Shown here: in pieces, positions 1 through 9,900 of the stretch
Numbering within the stretch: position 1 is the first letter of the stretch
Layout: each line of letters opens with the position of its first letter
Source: Candidatus Caccovivens sp.
GTDB lineage: Bacteria; Bacillota; Clostridia; Christensenellales; UBA1242
DNA length: 64,000 nt
Assembly: GCA_051888935.1 (NCBI GenBank)
Contig: JBJFCL010000006.1
Span: 10,558 to 74,557, forward strand
Direction: 5' to 3'
Translations under genes and position numbers: made by a program
The notes under the pieces: model-generated
Database searches by the model: none
What the model was told of the DNA's origin: nothing
Seen by the model: the letters and a program-made list of their open reading frames with translations, nothing else

Positions 1-593
1 TTAATAGGCAAATTAAAAGTAAAATCCCAAAATTTCTTGCCTGTATCATCAATCCTTTCATTAATATCAACTTCTGCATTTAAGTCTAAATCGATTTTAT
101 TAGTTGTAATTTCTCCAATATTGATTGCATCTCCAGCAAAATCTCTACTTGATATTGTATCTACCGTTTTGTTAATGTCGGTAACTGATTCTATAGTGAG
201 TGTGAAGCGAGCTATCTCTATTTGATAAATTCCTGCAGATATATTTTCATTTAGCAAATCATCTTGCCTTAAAGGACTAACTTCTCGAGCTATATACTGA
301 AACGTAATATCCTTAGTTTCATCCATTGTCAATTGAGCAATTACATGATATCTCATTAATGATACTGGGAATGTGTTAAATGTAAATTGAACTGCTTCTG
401 AAATAATTCTAAATCCACAAATTAGTAATTCTCCCTTGTCGATTTGAAATGAATTGCTTGATAATGCAGTAACTGCACATTCATTAAATGATTTTTTTAA
501 AACTCCGTCCTTATATGCTGAACAAAATCTGTTAAATCTTGCAGCATCAAGGCCATTATTTTCTACACCATTTTTCTCAAGAATCTTTGACAT
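1..593 (-). CDS. Phage tail fibre/receptor-binding-like protein, N-terminal part only (gene runs off the left edge)
   Basis: Absent from the ORF track because it has no stop in the window. My translation starts at ATG 593-591 after AAAGGAG and stays open to position 1. The N-terminus (GVLKKSFNEC..SFQIDKGELLICGF) parallels that of the 605..1579 product. Confidence 0.55.
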   Translation of the reverse strand, partial: MSKILEKNGVENNGLDAARFNRFCSAYKDGVLKKSFNECAVTALSSNSFQIDKGELLICGFRIISEAVQFTFNTFPVSLMRYHVIAQLTMDETKDITFQYIAREVSPLRQDDLLNENISAGIYQIEIARFTLTIESVTDINKTVDTISSRDFAGDAINIGEITTNKIDLDLNAEVDINERIDDTGKKFWDFTFNLPI

Positions 594-604
594 ATTTACT
601 CCTT

Positions 605-1579
605 TTATGTTATTGGCGCAGCTTCCCAACCAATATTTGCAATAACTGAAGATGCTCCAAGATTTGTTGTTATAAATGAACCAGACCAATATGACCAAAA
701 TTCGTATTTCACACTACCATCTGAATTTATATGTATATAGTGTGGCACATATCCTGTTGATACTTCAGATGTTGTACCAGCCGTATAACTTGTAATATCT
801 TGAATCGGCCTAAACTCTTCAGGAACATTCACTTCTGCAGCCAGACTATAAGACGAACTGCTGCTTGAATAATTTGGATTTCGTGTAAGTGTAAATTGTA
901 GTTTAAGATTTGCAATACAGTAATTCCCTTGTCTTTTAATCTCATTTATTTCAGTTGTAAGTTGGACAGTTCCATAAGGCTCTCCATTGCCATCAACGCT
1001 AACTGTTGAAATATCCTTTACTATGAAACTGCCCTTCCTAAAACCCAGGTTAGTCAACCTCTCTTCAATAGTTCCTTTTGAGTAATCACTGCTCGCATAT
1101 TTTGCAATAAAAGCCTCGCCATCAAGCAACTTAAAAACCTGTTGAACATTTAAGATCACATTGTCTATTGCTTGAAAATGATACAGGACAAGTCTTCCTA
1201 TGCCCATATTGGTTGTAGACAAGTTTTGTCCAATATCTATTTGTGGATATGTAACGGTGTCATAAGTCATTATTATTTTTGCTGTTTCACTCCCAGTAAT
1301 GGAAGTATCGATCTCTAAATATACGGTGTAATACACCGTTCCAGAAAGGTTATTTATTGTCCCGGTCCAGCCAGAAGTGTCAATTCCAACTTGCCAACCA
1401 TCAAGAATAATCTCTCCACTTTTTATTGTGAAGTTTTGTCCACTTATTTCGTATCCACACGCATTTAAATAATCTTTAACAACTCCATTCTGGCCACATC
1501 CAGCATATTTAAATGCACGTATATCGTCATAGTTTTGAATATTTGGTGTATCACTACTTTTTCGTATTAAATTTATCAT
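605..1579 (-). CDS. Phage tail protein (putative tail fibre/receptor-binding protein)
   Basis: 324-aa ORF distal to the baseplate genes, overlapping the upstream gene by 4 nt. The call rests on position in the tail module only. Confidence 0.55.
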   Translation of the reverse strand: MINLIRKSSDTPNIQNYDDIRAFKYAGCGQNGVVKDYLNACGYEISGQNFTIKSGEIILDGWQVGIDTSGWTGTINNLSGTVYYTVYLEIDTSITGSETAKIIMTYDTVTYPQIDIGQNLSTTNMGIGRLVLYHFQAIDNVILNVQQVFKLLDGEAFIAKYASSDYSKGTIEERLTNLGFRKGSFIVKDISTVSVDGNGEPYGTVQLTTEINEIKRQGNYCIANLKLQFTLTRNPNYSSSSSSYSLAAEVNVPEEFRPIQDITSYTAGTTSEVSTGYVPHYIHINSDGSVKYEFWSYWSGSFITTNLGASSVIANIGWEAAPIT

Positions 1580-2631
1580 TTAGATCCTCCTATATACAAA
1601 ACAATGTCCTCTGGCTTATAGCCAATGGTAATAGTTTTTTTTCCTTTGTTGTTCTCTTTAATCGAACCAACAGGAAGCAACTTATAACTTGAACCTTTAT
1701 TTACATAAACTTGGAAACAATAATTAAAAGTTGTCTGCTCAAACGGTGTATTATTTACATCTAACTCAATACTTTCGTTATACCTGGCATCTGCAAGTTT
1801 CTCTACTATTTCGGCTATACCCTCAATTAGTAAGGTTGCGGCTTCACTTTCATCTTCTGTTTCTTTAAGAACATAACGTTTCTTAATTGGATACAAGTCT
1901 CTCTTTGAGAGGTCATCCGTAATCTCATTGTTGCTTGTTAATACAAATGATTTTGAACTCACACTCGAAGGCGTAATAAGTTTTAACTCACATTCATTTA
2001 CGCTTGCAATCCATTTCCCATAATTTTGAATTCCATACTCATAAAGATTGAGTTGTCTAACATATTGATTAATCTTTCCAACCTTATAAACAAGTTTCTT
2101 TTCTGGGATATTTAATTCGCTTTCCATACAAAGATTATAAAATTTCATATATGGAACAAATATATCTTCCCAAATATTCACAATTTCGTATTCTTGTGTA
2201 ACTGCAGGTTTTAACTGAGTTAATGAAACATCTTCACAACAAGAATCATCAAAGTCAATCGAAAAGCTATTTTGGTTGACTTGTAAATTAAACTCTGAAA
2301 TCGCAAAATCAAACAAATCTTTAACTGTTGAACAATTAGGGTATTGAATCAAAATTTCATTATCGAAATAACCTTTTAAATCTGTTGATTGAAGTGTTGT
2401 TTGATTTTTCTTATTGAGTTGTGGAACTCCAGCAAACGCACCATATTTATATCTTCCACGATCATCTTTCAAAACAACAAAAGTAGGATTAATATTTTCA
2501 ATAAACGCTTCACTCGTTGCAGAAAAGTCATCAAAGTCAACAGCATTTCTTTTTAGTTCCCAATCTCCAACATTTAAACTTGCATTATCTTGAAGCGCAA
2601 CAAAATTTTTATCATAAAATGTAAGGATCAT
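1576..2631 (-). CDS. Phage tail-tip/baseplate protein (Tal-position, Gp37-like)
   Basis: 351-aa ORF directly after the Dit-like gene with a 4-nt overlap. The N-terminus MILTFYDKNF..GDWELKR is typical of siphovirus tail proteins. Call is by synteny. Confidence 0.55.
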   Translation of the reverse strand: MILTFYDKNFVALQDNASLNVGDWELKRNAVDFDDFSATSEAFIENINPTFVVLKDDRGRYKYGAFAGVPQLNKKNQTTLQSTDLKGYFDNEILIQYPNCSTVKDLFDFAISEFNLQVNQNSFSIDFDDSCCEDVSLTQLKPAVTQEYEIVNIWEDIFVPYMKFYNLCMESELNIPEKKLVYKVGKINQYVRQLNLYEYGIQNYGKWIASVNECELKLITPSSVSSKSFVLTSNNEITDDLSKRDLYPIKKRYVLKETEDESEAATLLIEGIAEIVEKLADARYNESIELDVNNTPFEQTTFNYCFQVYVNKGSSYKLLPVGSIKENNKGKKTITIGYKPEDIVLYIGGSK

Positions 2632-3464
2632 AAAGTATACTGCCTCCTGGATCCAATCAAATAACCAGTATCTGTTGCTGTAAGATTAATGTTTAAAGTG
2701 CTAACTTCAAGTGGTTGTGCTCTCAAGAAACTATCATAACCACCATCCAATTTAAAATAGTAATCTTGCTGATTTCCATTTGCATCTTTGAAAATAATCT
2801 TCTTTTGAGCAGAATTTATAATAAGTTGTTCCCCTTCTTGCAAATCAACATCTATAAATCTAACCTCGTTATATGTTTGATCGTTACTATCTTTTAAGAT
2901 AATTACAGGATTACTTATTGCTCCATAAATTGTTACAATTAAAGGAATATCTTTAATATAGTTGTTTTCAATTACATTATTTTCAATTCTATTTTTCCCG
3001 TAACAATATGGATAACTTAATGGATAAGTTTTTCCATAATCACTAACTTGAATTTTTATATCATTATCTTTTTTTTCAAAAAATGGTGTTGTTGGTTGAA
3101 AAGAAATTTTTTGCTCTAAAACCTTGAATTCGTTTAATTCTGTTTCTCCACAATCTACAACCTTTCCTTCAACATATTTCACCTTCTGTGTATTGTTATA
3201 TTCAATACACAGACAACTGTCTATATGCTTTGCAAGCCAAAGTTTTAAATAGTCTCCGGACTTATATCCACTAAGGTGATGGAGAGTAAGTCCTACAGCT
3301 TGTTTCTTTTGTCTAATTTTTGTTACATAATCTTCGACATCAGTTTCAATTTTACTTAAGTCTAAACTAAATCCTAACCCACTTAAACCATCAACGTAAT
3401 CAAGATTAAATCTGTCAACTACTTGATCTCTTTCATCTAAAATAACAAATGCAAATTTTCTCAT
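2628..3464 (-). CDS. Distal tail protein (Dit-like)
   Basis: 278-aa ORF immediately downstream of the tape measure gene, the canonical TMP-Dit-Tal order. Confidence 0.6.
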   Translation of the reverse strand: MRKFAFVILDERDQVVDRFNLDYVDGLSGLGFSLDLSKIETDVEDYVTKIRQKKQAVGLTLHHLSGYKSGDYLKLWLAKHIDSCLCIEYNNTQKVKYVEGKVVDCGETELNEFKVLEQKISFQPTTPFFEKKDNDIKIQVSDYGKTYPLSYPYCYGKNRIENNVIENNYIKDIPLIVTIYGAISNPVIILKDSNDQTYNEVRFIDVDLQEGEQLIINSAQKKIIFKDANGNQQDYYFKLDGGYDSFLRAQPLEVSTLNINLTATDTGYLIGSRRQYTL

Positions 3465-3466
3465 AC

Positions 3467-5185
3467 TTAACTCCTTGCCTGAACTTTTATTGCTAACTTC
3501 TTAGTAATAATGTCGTAAATATCTTCAGCGCTTGCAGAATCAGCATTTATTGTAATATTGTTGACTACTTGAGAATTATCGTTATTTGTAGTGTTTGAAT
3601 ATTGCCCGGCATTTCCATAATCTGGAACATTATAAGAGCCACTTCCACCGGTTATACTTGGAGTTGCTATGTCTGAAGTGCTTGAGTCAATACTGTTTTT
3701 TGCAGCATTCACTGCAGCGGTAACTGCAACAATTCCGGCAATTATTCCGGCAACAGCCAAACCTAAACTCCATGCACTGTGAAACGCACCAAAGGCAACA
3801 GCTGCACCCAAAGCAGCAACAGTAATAGCACCTAAAATTGAAATTACTTTTTGCCATGTATTCATAGATCCCCAAGCTTTAACAATCTCATTAATAAGAG
3901 ATATTGTTGTAAACAATACCCCCATTGTTGTCATTGTTCTACCAAGTGGAGTATTTAAAGCACTTATGCATTTTGATAAATTTGGAAGAGTTTTTATAAG
4001 ACTTCCAATTGTTCCGAACAACTTTGAACTTATTGTCAGAACAGGAGAAAGGACTGCCAGGAAGGTAACAAATCCGATAATTCCTTTTTGTATGCCACCT
4101 GGCAAGCTTTCGAATTTTTCTGCAAGCCATTGAATTGCTGGAATTAGCGTTTCCGTAACAAATTCAGATAGAACTTCAAGAACAGGAAGCAATGCAACTC
4201 CTAATTCGTTTTTTGCTAAAGTTAGTTTTTCTTTCATCGTATTTAATTCATTGTCTAATTCAGATAAAGCCTTTACTTGTTCATTGGAAAGATATCCAAC
4301 ATCTTCAAATTCGTTACATAACTCATTTAAAGTTCCACTACCTTTTTGTAATAAAGGTATTAAGTTTGTTGCTAATTCTTCTCCAAATATTTCATTTGCA
4401 TAATAAGCTTGTAGAGTACTATTTTCAACTTTACCTAAAGCATAAACAATTGTTTGAAAAGCTCCTTCACTGTCAGAAGGTAAATTTTTTAAATCTCCAA
4501 CCAAATTTTCAATTGCAGTTGTTGCAGCATTTGATTCGCCATTTAGTGCCGTACCAACCGCATCCCTAACCTTAGTGATACCTTTATATAATTTTTCACT
4601 CGACACATCAGTTTGTAGTGCTATATAATTCCATTTTTGAATCTGCTTTGCACTTAACGAATATTGGTCTGCCAACGTTTGAATATTATCTCCAGTCTCA
4701 ACCGCGCTTGAAGACAATTTATACATGCCTAATAATGCAGAAGAAGCTAATACTGACAATTTAAGCGTAGATTTCCCAGCATTAGATAAACTAGATGCTA
4801 ATTTATTTATATTATTTGTTAAATTATTTGGGTTAAGTTCATTTAGTTCTTTTAAATTCTTCTTAAGTTTCTCAGCTTCAATTTGCGATTTAGCCAATTG
4901 TGTCTGTAAATCATAATAAGAATCCGTATCGACATTTCCAGTACTTTCAAGATAATCAAGTTGTTGTCTCAATGCTTGGACTTTTTGATTTGTCAAATCT
5001 AGAGCTTGTTGGGCAACTTTTTGCGCAGTTTTGAATTTGCTTGAATCAAATTCAACTTTTAAACTTTGTTGCAATGCATTTGCTTGTTTTTTCGAAGAAG
5101 TAATGGCCTTATCAGCTTCTTTTAAACCTTTTTTAAAATCGCTGATGTCTGAACCGATTTTTATCGTAAAACTTTTAATAGCCAT
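3467..5185 (-). CDS. Tail tape measure protein
   Basis: 572 aa. It has a long coiled-coil N-terminal half, Gly/Ala-rich hydrophobic segments (GAITVAALGAAVAFGAF..) and sits after the G/T chaperones. Confidence 0.85.
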   Translation of the reverse strand: MAIKSFTIKIGSDISDFKKGLKEADKAITSSKKQANALQQSLKVEFDSSKFKTAQKVAQQALDLTNQKVQALRQQLDYLESTGNVDTDSYYDLQTQLAKSQIEAEKLKKNLKELNELNPNNLTNNINKLASSLSNAGKSTLKLSVLASSALLGMYKLSSSAVETGDNIQTLADQYSLSAKQIQKWNYIALQTDVSSEKLYKGITKVRDAVGTALNGESNAATTAIENLVGDLKNLPSDSEGAFQTIVYALGKVENSTLQAYYANEIFGEELATNLIPLLQKGSGTLNELCNEFEDVGYLSNEQVKALSELDNELNTMKEKLTLAKNELGVALLPVLEVLSEFVTETLIPAIQWLAEKFESLPGGIQKGIIGFVTFLAVLSPVLTISSKLFGTIGSLIKTLPNLSKCISALNTPLGRTMTTMGVLFTTISLINEIVKAWGSMNTWQKVISILGAITVAALGAAVAFGAFHSAWSLGLAVAGIIAGIVAVTAAVNAAKNSIDSSTSDIATPSITGGSGSYNVPDYGNAGQYSNTTNNDNSQVVNNITINADSASAEDIYDIITKKLAIKVQARS

Positions 5186-5196
5186 TTTATCCTCCT

Positions 5197-5509
5197 TTAC
5201 AAATTATTAAAATCTTCTTCAGAAGCTTCTTGAATGTTGTCTATTCCGTTTTTCTTGAGCTTGATTTGTCTTAACTCGAAAAGTGTTTTGCTTAAAGTAT
5301 CAATGTGTAAATCTATAATAAGAATTTGCAAATCTAAGTAGTTCATAGATTTAATAATACCCTCTGAAATGCCGCATTTAATGGCACCTTTTAGGACTCT
5401 TTGACTATTTGTTAAATCTAATTGCTTTCTTTTTATTTGCAAGTTTATTGGCATCTTTTTGTCTAAATTTATAAGCATTTCACTTGCTTCAATTAATCTT
5501 TTTTTTTAG
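5197..5509 (-). CDS. Tail assembly chaperone, -1 frameshift extension (gpT-like part of a G-T fusion)
   Basis: The ORF 5197..5478 frame is open from 5509 and lies -1 relative to 5493..5882. It is reached from the A9 run at 5499-5507. Confidence 0.6.
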
Positions 5510-5882
5510 AATCGTTTCGTTCGTTGATAAACTTAATAACATTTTCTAAAGTAGTGCAAAGTCTCTTAAAGTAATGCATATTTGCAAATGAAAACATTCT
5601 TACAAATTCTCTAAAAGACATTTTGTTATCAAACAACATAAAGCAGTAAATGATTTTTAAAGCAATTCCTGCTGTTGCGTGGTCTTTAATTTCTATATCT
5701 TGAAGTTTTGAAACATAGTCAAAAAGACCGATATTTTTTGCTTGTTCTGGGAAATTTTCTTCCCAGGTAACTTGAGCATCCATCGAAAAATTCAATTCAC
5801 AATCAATTTCTGACTCAGTGCTCACAATTTCATTTGTTTTTGCGTTAAACTCTTCGTTTAACACCGGTAATTTAAATCTCAT
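5493..5882 (-). CDS. Tail assembly chaperone (gpG-like)
   Basis: 129-aa ORF between the major tail and tape measure genes. It ends ..TCT AAA AAA AAA GAT TAA, which contains a slippery run. Confidence 0.7.
   Translation of the reverse strand: MRFKLPVLNEEFNAKTNEIVSTESEIDCELNFSMDAQVTWEENFPEQAKNIGLFDYVSKLQDIEIKDHATAGIALKIIYCFMLFDNKMSFREFVRMFSFANMHYFKRLCTTLENVIKFINERNDSKKKD
5499..5507 (-). other. Slippery A9 run: candidate programmed -1 ribosomal frameshift site
   Basis: Nine consecutive T on the plus strand (A on the coding strand), 1 codon before the gpG stop. The -1 frame continues RLIEASEMLINLDKK... Confidence 0.6.
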
Positions 5883-5984
5883 TTTTTTGTCTCCTTGCTA
5901 CATAAGAATTCTTTTGGCGCAAAGTGCAGGGATTCAACCTGCATTTTGTGATGTAGCCACAAAGTTTTTCTTAAACTAACTTTG

Positions 5985-6008
5985 CAAAAACCTGGATTTC
6001 TCCAGGTT
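5985..6008 (-). terminator. Hairpin plus T-run after the major tail gene (terminator/attenuator)
   Basis: AACCTGGA/TCCAGGTT stem at 5989-6008, followed on the minus strand by TTTTT. Confidence 0.5.
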
Positions 6009-6016
6009 ATTGTAAA

Positions 6017-6643
6017 CTATGTGGCACTTTTGATTTTTGGAAGTGGCACAGTATTCCCAAATGTTGCATAACCATCATCAGTTGGTGTCTTACTATAAGT
6101 AAAACATTTAAGATATTGACCAGTTTCTGCATCAACATAATCTGCAGAACCATCCGCATCCTTTAAGTTCAATCCCCTAATAGTTAATGCATATTCAACA
6201 TTGCTTTCATTGATATCTTCTGTATTTTGATCAAAGCTTTCACTTGGCGCATTCACTTGAACTCCATAAACCCAAACTTTTTTGGTTTTAGTTACACCAT
6301 CTTTTCCACAAAAATCTGTTTCAAAATAGATTGCGTGTTCTACAATTGATAATTGTTTAACTTCAGCAAGCCCACCTTCGATATCTTTGGCAAACCCCAT
6401 GTCTTTGTTATACTCAATGTCTTGAGCAGTCATACCGATGGTTCCTGTAAACCCTTTATCATTTACGAGTGTAACTTGAAGTTCACCGTCACCATAAATA
6501 GGTTTAGTTGACAAGTTTTTTTCTTTGCTAAAACGAGTCAACCATGTAAAAGGCTTTGGTGTCTCATATCCATCGGCTGTCTTCCTTGCATATTGGCCAT
6601 TCTTTACATTGAAGCCAATAAGTTGTTTCCCTGTTTTATCCAA
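6017..6643 (-). CDS. Major tail protein
   Basis: 208 aa, upstream of the G/T chaperones. The sequence style (IYGDGELQVTLVNDKGFTGTIGMTAQDIEY) matches Firmicute phage major tail proteins. Confidence 0.7.
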   Translation of the reverse strand: MDKTGKQLIGFNVKNGQYARKTADGYETPKPFTWLTRFSKEKNLSTKPIYGDGELQVTLVNDKGFTGTIGMTAQDIEYNKDMGFAKDIEGGLAEVKQLSIVEHAIYFETDFCGKDGVTKTKKVWVYGVQVNAPSESFDQNTEDINESNVEYALTIRGLNLKDADGSADYVDAETGQYLKCFTYSKTPTDDGYATFGNTVPLPKIKSAT

Positions 6644-6646
6644 TTT

Positions 6647-7048
6647 CTATTCCTCCTTACTAAGATGTTTTTGAAATATATTCGTAATTTTATCTTTGTT
6701 ATTATCACAAACTTTTCTTGCAAAAGGTTTCCCATGGTTTGTGCTGAATTCAAGAAGATTTACAATGGGAACATATTCTCCTTTATATTCAGTTTCTGTA
6801 AGAGCCGTATTGTTTATATATCTAACCTTTTTATATTTTTTACTTGTAGATATCCAACTGTTCTTTGTGTTTGAAGTATCTGTCGGAGTATTATTTGTCA
6901 ATTCGTTAACAAGCAACTCTTCCGCTTCACTCAAAGCTTCTTCACAGTTTTTTTCGATTTCTGTTTCGAACTCTTTCAAAGATTCTTGGATTTCTTTTGT
7001 AAGAAAATCCCAACTACTTGAGGTAAAATTCGTATTTTTTTTAGGCAT
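6647..7048 (-). CDS. Tail component (HK97 gp10-like position)
   Basis: 133-aa ORF in the head-tail joining block. Called by synteny. Confidence 0.5.
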   Translation of the reverse strand: MPKKNTNFTSSSWDFLTKEIQESLKEFETEIEKNCEEALSEAEELLVNELTNNTPTDTSNTKNSWISTSKKYKKVRYINNTALTETEYKGEYVPIVNLLEFSTNHGKPFARKVCDNNKDKITNIFQKHLSKEE

Positions 7049-7427
7049 AATAATTAACCTTTAAACTGAATGTGTATTGAGTGTTTTTATGATTAGAATC
7101 GTATCCTAAATTGAAACCAGAATAATTTATTCCTTGACTTAACAAATGATTTTTGATGATGTTCTTGTTGATGTTATGCAAAGAATTAGAGTTTGGCGCA
7201 TTTCCTTTTGAAACAAGTATAATATCACAATCTGCACTTCGAACTTTGCTTTGTCCATCTCCAAAAACTTTAGTTGTGTCAGATATCTCTGCTCGAAGCA
7301 AGATATAACTTTCCGGTATATCATTTTCATCTTCGGTCATTGTGCTTTTGAAAATTTCTGGTATCTGACTAGACAAAGGTTTTACCATATCATACAACAC
7401 ATCAATTGGTTCTTTATTGTAAATCAT
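7041..7427 (-). CDS. Head-tail joining/tail completion protein
   Basis: 128-aa ORF overlapping both neighbours. Called by synteny. Confidence 0.45.
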   Translation of the reverse strand: MIYNKEPIDVLYDMVKPLSSQIPEIFKSTMTEDENDIPESYILLRAEISDTTKVFGDGQSKVRSADCDIILVSKGNAPNSNSLHNINKNIIKNHLLSQGINYSGFNLGYDSNHKNTQYTFSLKVNYYA

Positions 7428-7786
7428 TTTTGCGTTTTCTCCTTTATCCAGGACAAAATTGCTTCACTAACAGTTGAATCTTCTAACATTGAAACATTAA
7501 GAAGCATATTAGCTTCGCTTTTTGCTTTTGACATAGAACGAATTTCATAAAGTTGATTATCCATGAAACAATATTTTTCGTTGTTATATAGATATCTAGG
7601 AATCTCAATCGAATAAGTTAAGTTAAACCCTTGAGTTTGTCCTAACTGCAATGTTTGAATTCCAACTAAGTCAACTTTAAGAACTAAGAGTTTCCCATTT
7701 ACAACTTTTTTTGTTCTATCTCCATTTTCTAGATTGAGAACACTTTTTACATCCACTATAGCAACATTTTGAGGTCCACATTTCAT
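7424..7786 (-). CDS. Head closure / head-tail adaptor protein
   Basis: 120-aa ORF, third gene after the capsid gene. Called by synteny. Confidence 0.5.
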   Translation of the reverse strand: MKCGPQNVAIVDVKSVLNLENGDRTKKVVNGKLLVLKVDLVGIQTLQLGQTQGFNLTYSIEIPRYLYNNEKYCFMDNQLYEIRSMSKAKSEANMLLNVSMLEDSTVSEAILSWIKEKTQK

Positions 7787-8064
7787 TTATATCTTTCTCC
7801 TTTTGTCATCGCAGAAAGTTTGTTTTTCAAAAGATTAATAGTTGGATGTGTTGCTATATCTTTTTTTTCAATCAAAGCTTGTGCATACAAAATTAAAGTG
7901 TTTCGACCGATAGGAGTCTCTAAAACATCTTTCCCAATATCATCGCTCATAAGATCTGACAACGCAATTTCAAGATTGGCTTCATAAAATGCATCATTTG
8001 AAGTATCATCAACCAATATCCCCAATGATTTTTTTAGTGGTTTTATTAACATCTTATCGATCAT
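7783..8064 (-). CDS. Head-tail connector (gp6-like)
   Basis: 93-aa ORF directly after the major capsid gene, with a helical DDTSNDAFYEANLEIALSDL-type sequence. Confidence 0.55.
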   Translation of the reverse strand: MIDKMLIKPLKKSLGILVDDTSNDAFYEANLEIALSDLMSDDIGKDVLETPIGRNTLILYAQALIEKKDIATHPTINLLKNKLSAMTKGERYK

Positions 8065-8086
8065 AAATCACCCTCCTTTATCAAAT

Positions 8087-9334
8087 TTATTCAGCTGTAG
8101 TAACTGAGATTTTTACAAGTGCGCCTGCAACTTCAGTTGGCTTTCCATCAACAAGAGCAAGACTTCTGTATACTGTATTTCCACTTCTAAAACCCGCCTC
8201 TTTAGAATTTGCGATTTCAATATCTTTTGCGAAGTTCATAACGTAAGCAGATTTTGCATCAGCCATATATATTGTGTTAGCTGGAACATATTTGTCAAGT
8301 TTTACTGGATAACCAATTAAGTTTCCACGTGCTCCATCTTCAACAAGTCTTTCAAACAATGGTCTTTTGTTTGAATCTTTAAGTTTTCTAACTGCAGCAA
8401 ACATTTTTCTATTCATATAGAACTTAGCATTTGCAACCAAGTCCTCGTCCATCAATGCTTCGGCATCAACAAGCGCATCTTCTGACAATGTTGTTACCTC
8501 AACAAGGTTTACATCTTTTGTAAAAGTTGACTTCTCAATTCCTGTTGGTTGTCCAGAGCCTGTTCCATTTACAATTGCATTTGACAAAGCTGCTCTCATT
8601 TTCTTTGTCAAATTATTTACAAGCCATTTTTCAAAGGCGCTGATTGACATTGCTGAAACATGAGCCGAAATGCTTACTGTTCTAATAAGCTTATAAGCAG
8701 CAAGTGCAATATTTGTCAATGTGTCATCACCATCTGTTGATTCTGCTGTTTCAGCAATCCAGTTTGCATCATTAACAACATCTTCTTTTGGAATTGAAAT
8801 CAATTCAGGAATATGAAGGATTTCAATATCACTCAAAAGACCGCTTCCTTCTGAGAATTGACCGATAATCATATCCATTGTTTGTGTAGGAATAGCAGCT
8901 CCAACAGAACCATTTCCTGAACTCATTGCTCTATCCATAATCTTAATTTCTTTTTCATCAAGAGCTTTTCCTTGCAATCTCTTGAAGAATGCTGTAGCAT
9001 ATTCTCTTGTTTCGAAAATTTCTTCTCTTTTCATATTTTCGTTGTAATTGATTGTGTTTTTCATAATTCTCTCCTCTTTTTGGTTATCTTTGTTTTCTTG
9101 TTCTACATCTTCTTCAGATGCATCTTGTTCTTTTGAAGCTTCAGCTTCTCTTGCTTCCGAAATCTTTGTTTCAATTTCTTTGAGCTTCTCATCAATTTCT
9201 TTAATTTCAGCAATTGCTGCATCGAGTTCTTCTGCAGAAACATCTTCTCTTTTTTCAAGAGCCTTTGCCTTCAATTGCTTTCTCTTTTCATTAAGTTCTG
9301 ACTTGTTAGCAAACAAATCCCTAAGTTCTTTCAT
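8087..9334 (-). CDS. Major capsid protein (HK97 fold) with an N-terminal coiled-coil delta domain
   Basis: 415 aa with an acidic coiled-coil first ~90 aa followed by a capsid-like body. It sits in the protease-capsid order. Confidence 0.85.
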   Translation of the reverse strand: MKELRDLFANKSELNEKRKQLKAKALEKREDVSAEELDAAIAEIKEIDEKLKEIETKISEAREAEASKEQDASEEDVEQENKDNQKEERIMKNTINYNENMKREEIFETREYATAFFKRLQGKALDEKEIKIMDRAMSSGNGSVGAAIPTQTMDMIIGQFSEGSGLLSDIEILHIPELISIPKEDVVNDANWIAETAESTDGDDTLTNIALAAYKLIRTVSISAHVSAMSISAFEKWLVNNLTKKMRAALSNAIVNGTGSGQPTGIEKSTFTKDVNLVEVTTLSEDALVDAEALMDEDLVANAKFYMNRKMFAAVRKLKDSNKRPLFERLVEDGARGNLIGYPVKLDKYVPANTIYMADAKSAYVMNFAKDIEIANSKEAGFRSGNTVYRSLALVDGKPTEVAGALVKISVTTAE

Positions 9335-9900
9335 TAAAGTTCCTCCAGTTTTTTTATAAGTTTCATTTTTTCTTCCGCTTCCTGTTGGCGCTTAAGTTCA
9401 GCTTCGTGCTTTTGCTTTCTCTCAACTGCAGTCGCAACAGTTTGCGGATAAGCAGGAATAGGTGTCAAAGTGATTTCTAACATTCTGTCGATTTTTGTAA
9501 TCGTATCAGTATTCGTTTCATAATCAGTATGAATATTGTCAGGACTTGTAAGGAATCCGAAACTCATTCCAGTCAAGATATTCGCCTTAACCAGTTCGTA
9601 TGTATCTCTTGCAAACTGTGTTTGAGGTAACGTTGCTTCGAACCAAAGACCAGAGTCATCAATTTCAATTCGCATATTAACACCATTCTTGGCAAGCAAC
9701 TTGTTGAAATCGTGTCCTAAGATCAAGACAACTTCACTTAGATCAACACCGTCAAAAGCTTCACGAATAATCTTTTCTTTGAAAAAGCCAACTCTGTCAG
9801 TTACTTCATCAAAAACTACAGCGTATCCGCGAACAACCATTTCGCTTTCATGCTCTACAGTTGCCAAGCCTTCGCGAAAATAAATGTGTTTATCCTCCAC
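9334..9900 (-). CDS. Prohead serine protease (HK97 family)
   Basis: Carries the motif VRGYAVVFDEV..FKEKIIREAF. The likely start is GTG at 9900, which is preceded by AAGGAGGA, rather than the ORF-track start at 9984. Confidence 0.8.
   Translation of the reverse strand: MEDKHIYFREGLATVEHESEMVVRGYAVVFDEVTDRVGFFKEKIIREAFDGVDLSEVVLILGHDFNKLLAKNGVNMRIEIDDSGLWFEATLPQTQFARDTYELVKANILTGMSFGFLTSPDNIHTDYETNTDTITKIDRMLEITLTPIPAYPQTVATAVERKQKHEAELKRQQEAEEKMKLIKKLEEL

Noticed and set aside
3687-4569. Several ORFs lie nested in or antisense to the tape measure gene.
   Set aside because: The tape measure frame is continuous and characteristic. The nested ORFs are Cys-rich or low-complexity artefacts.
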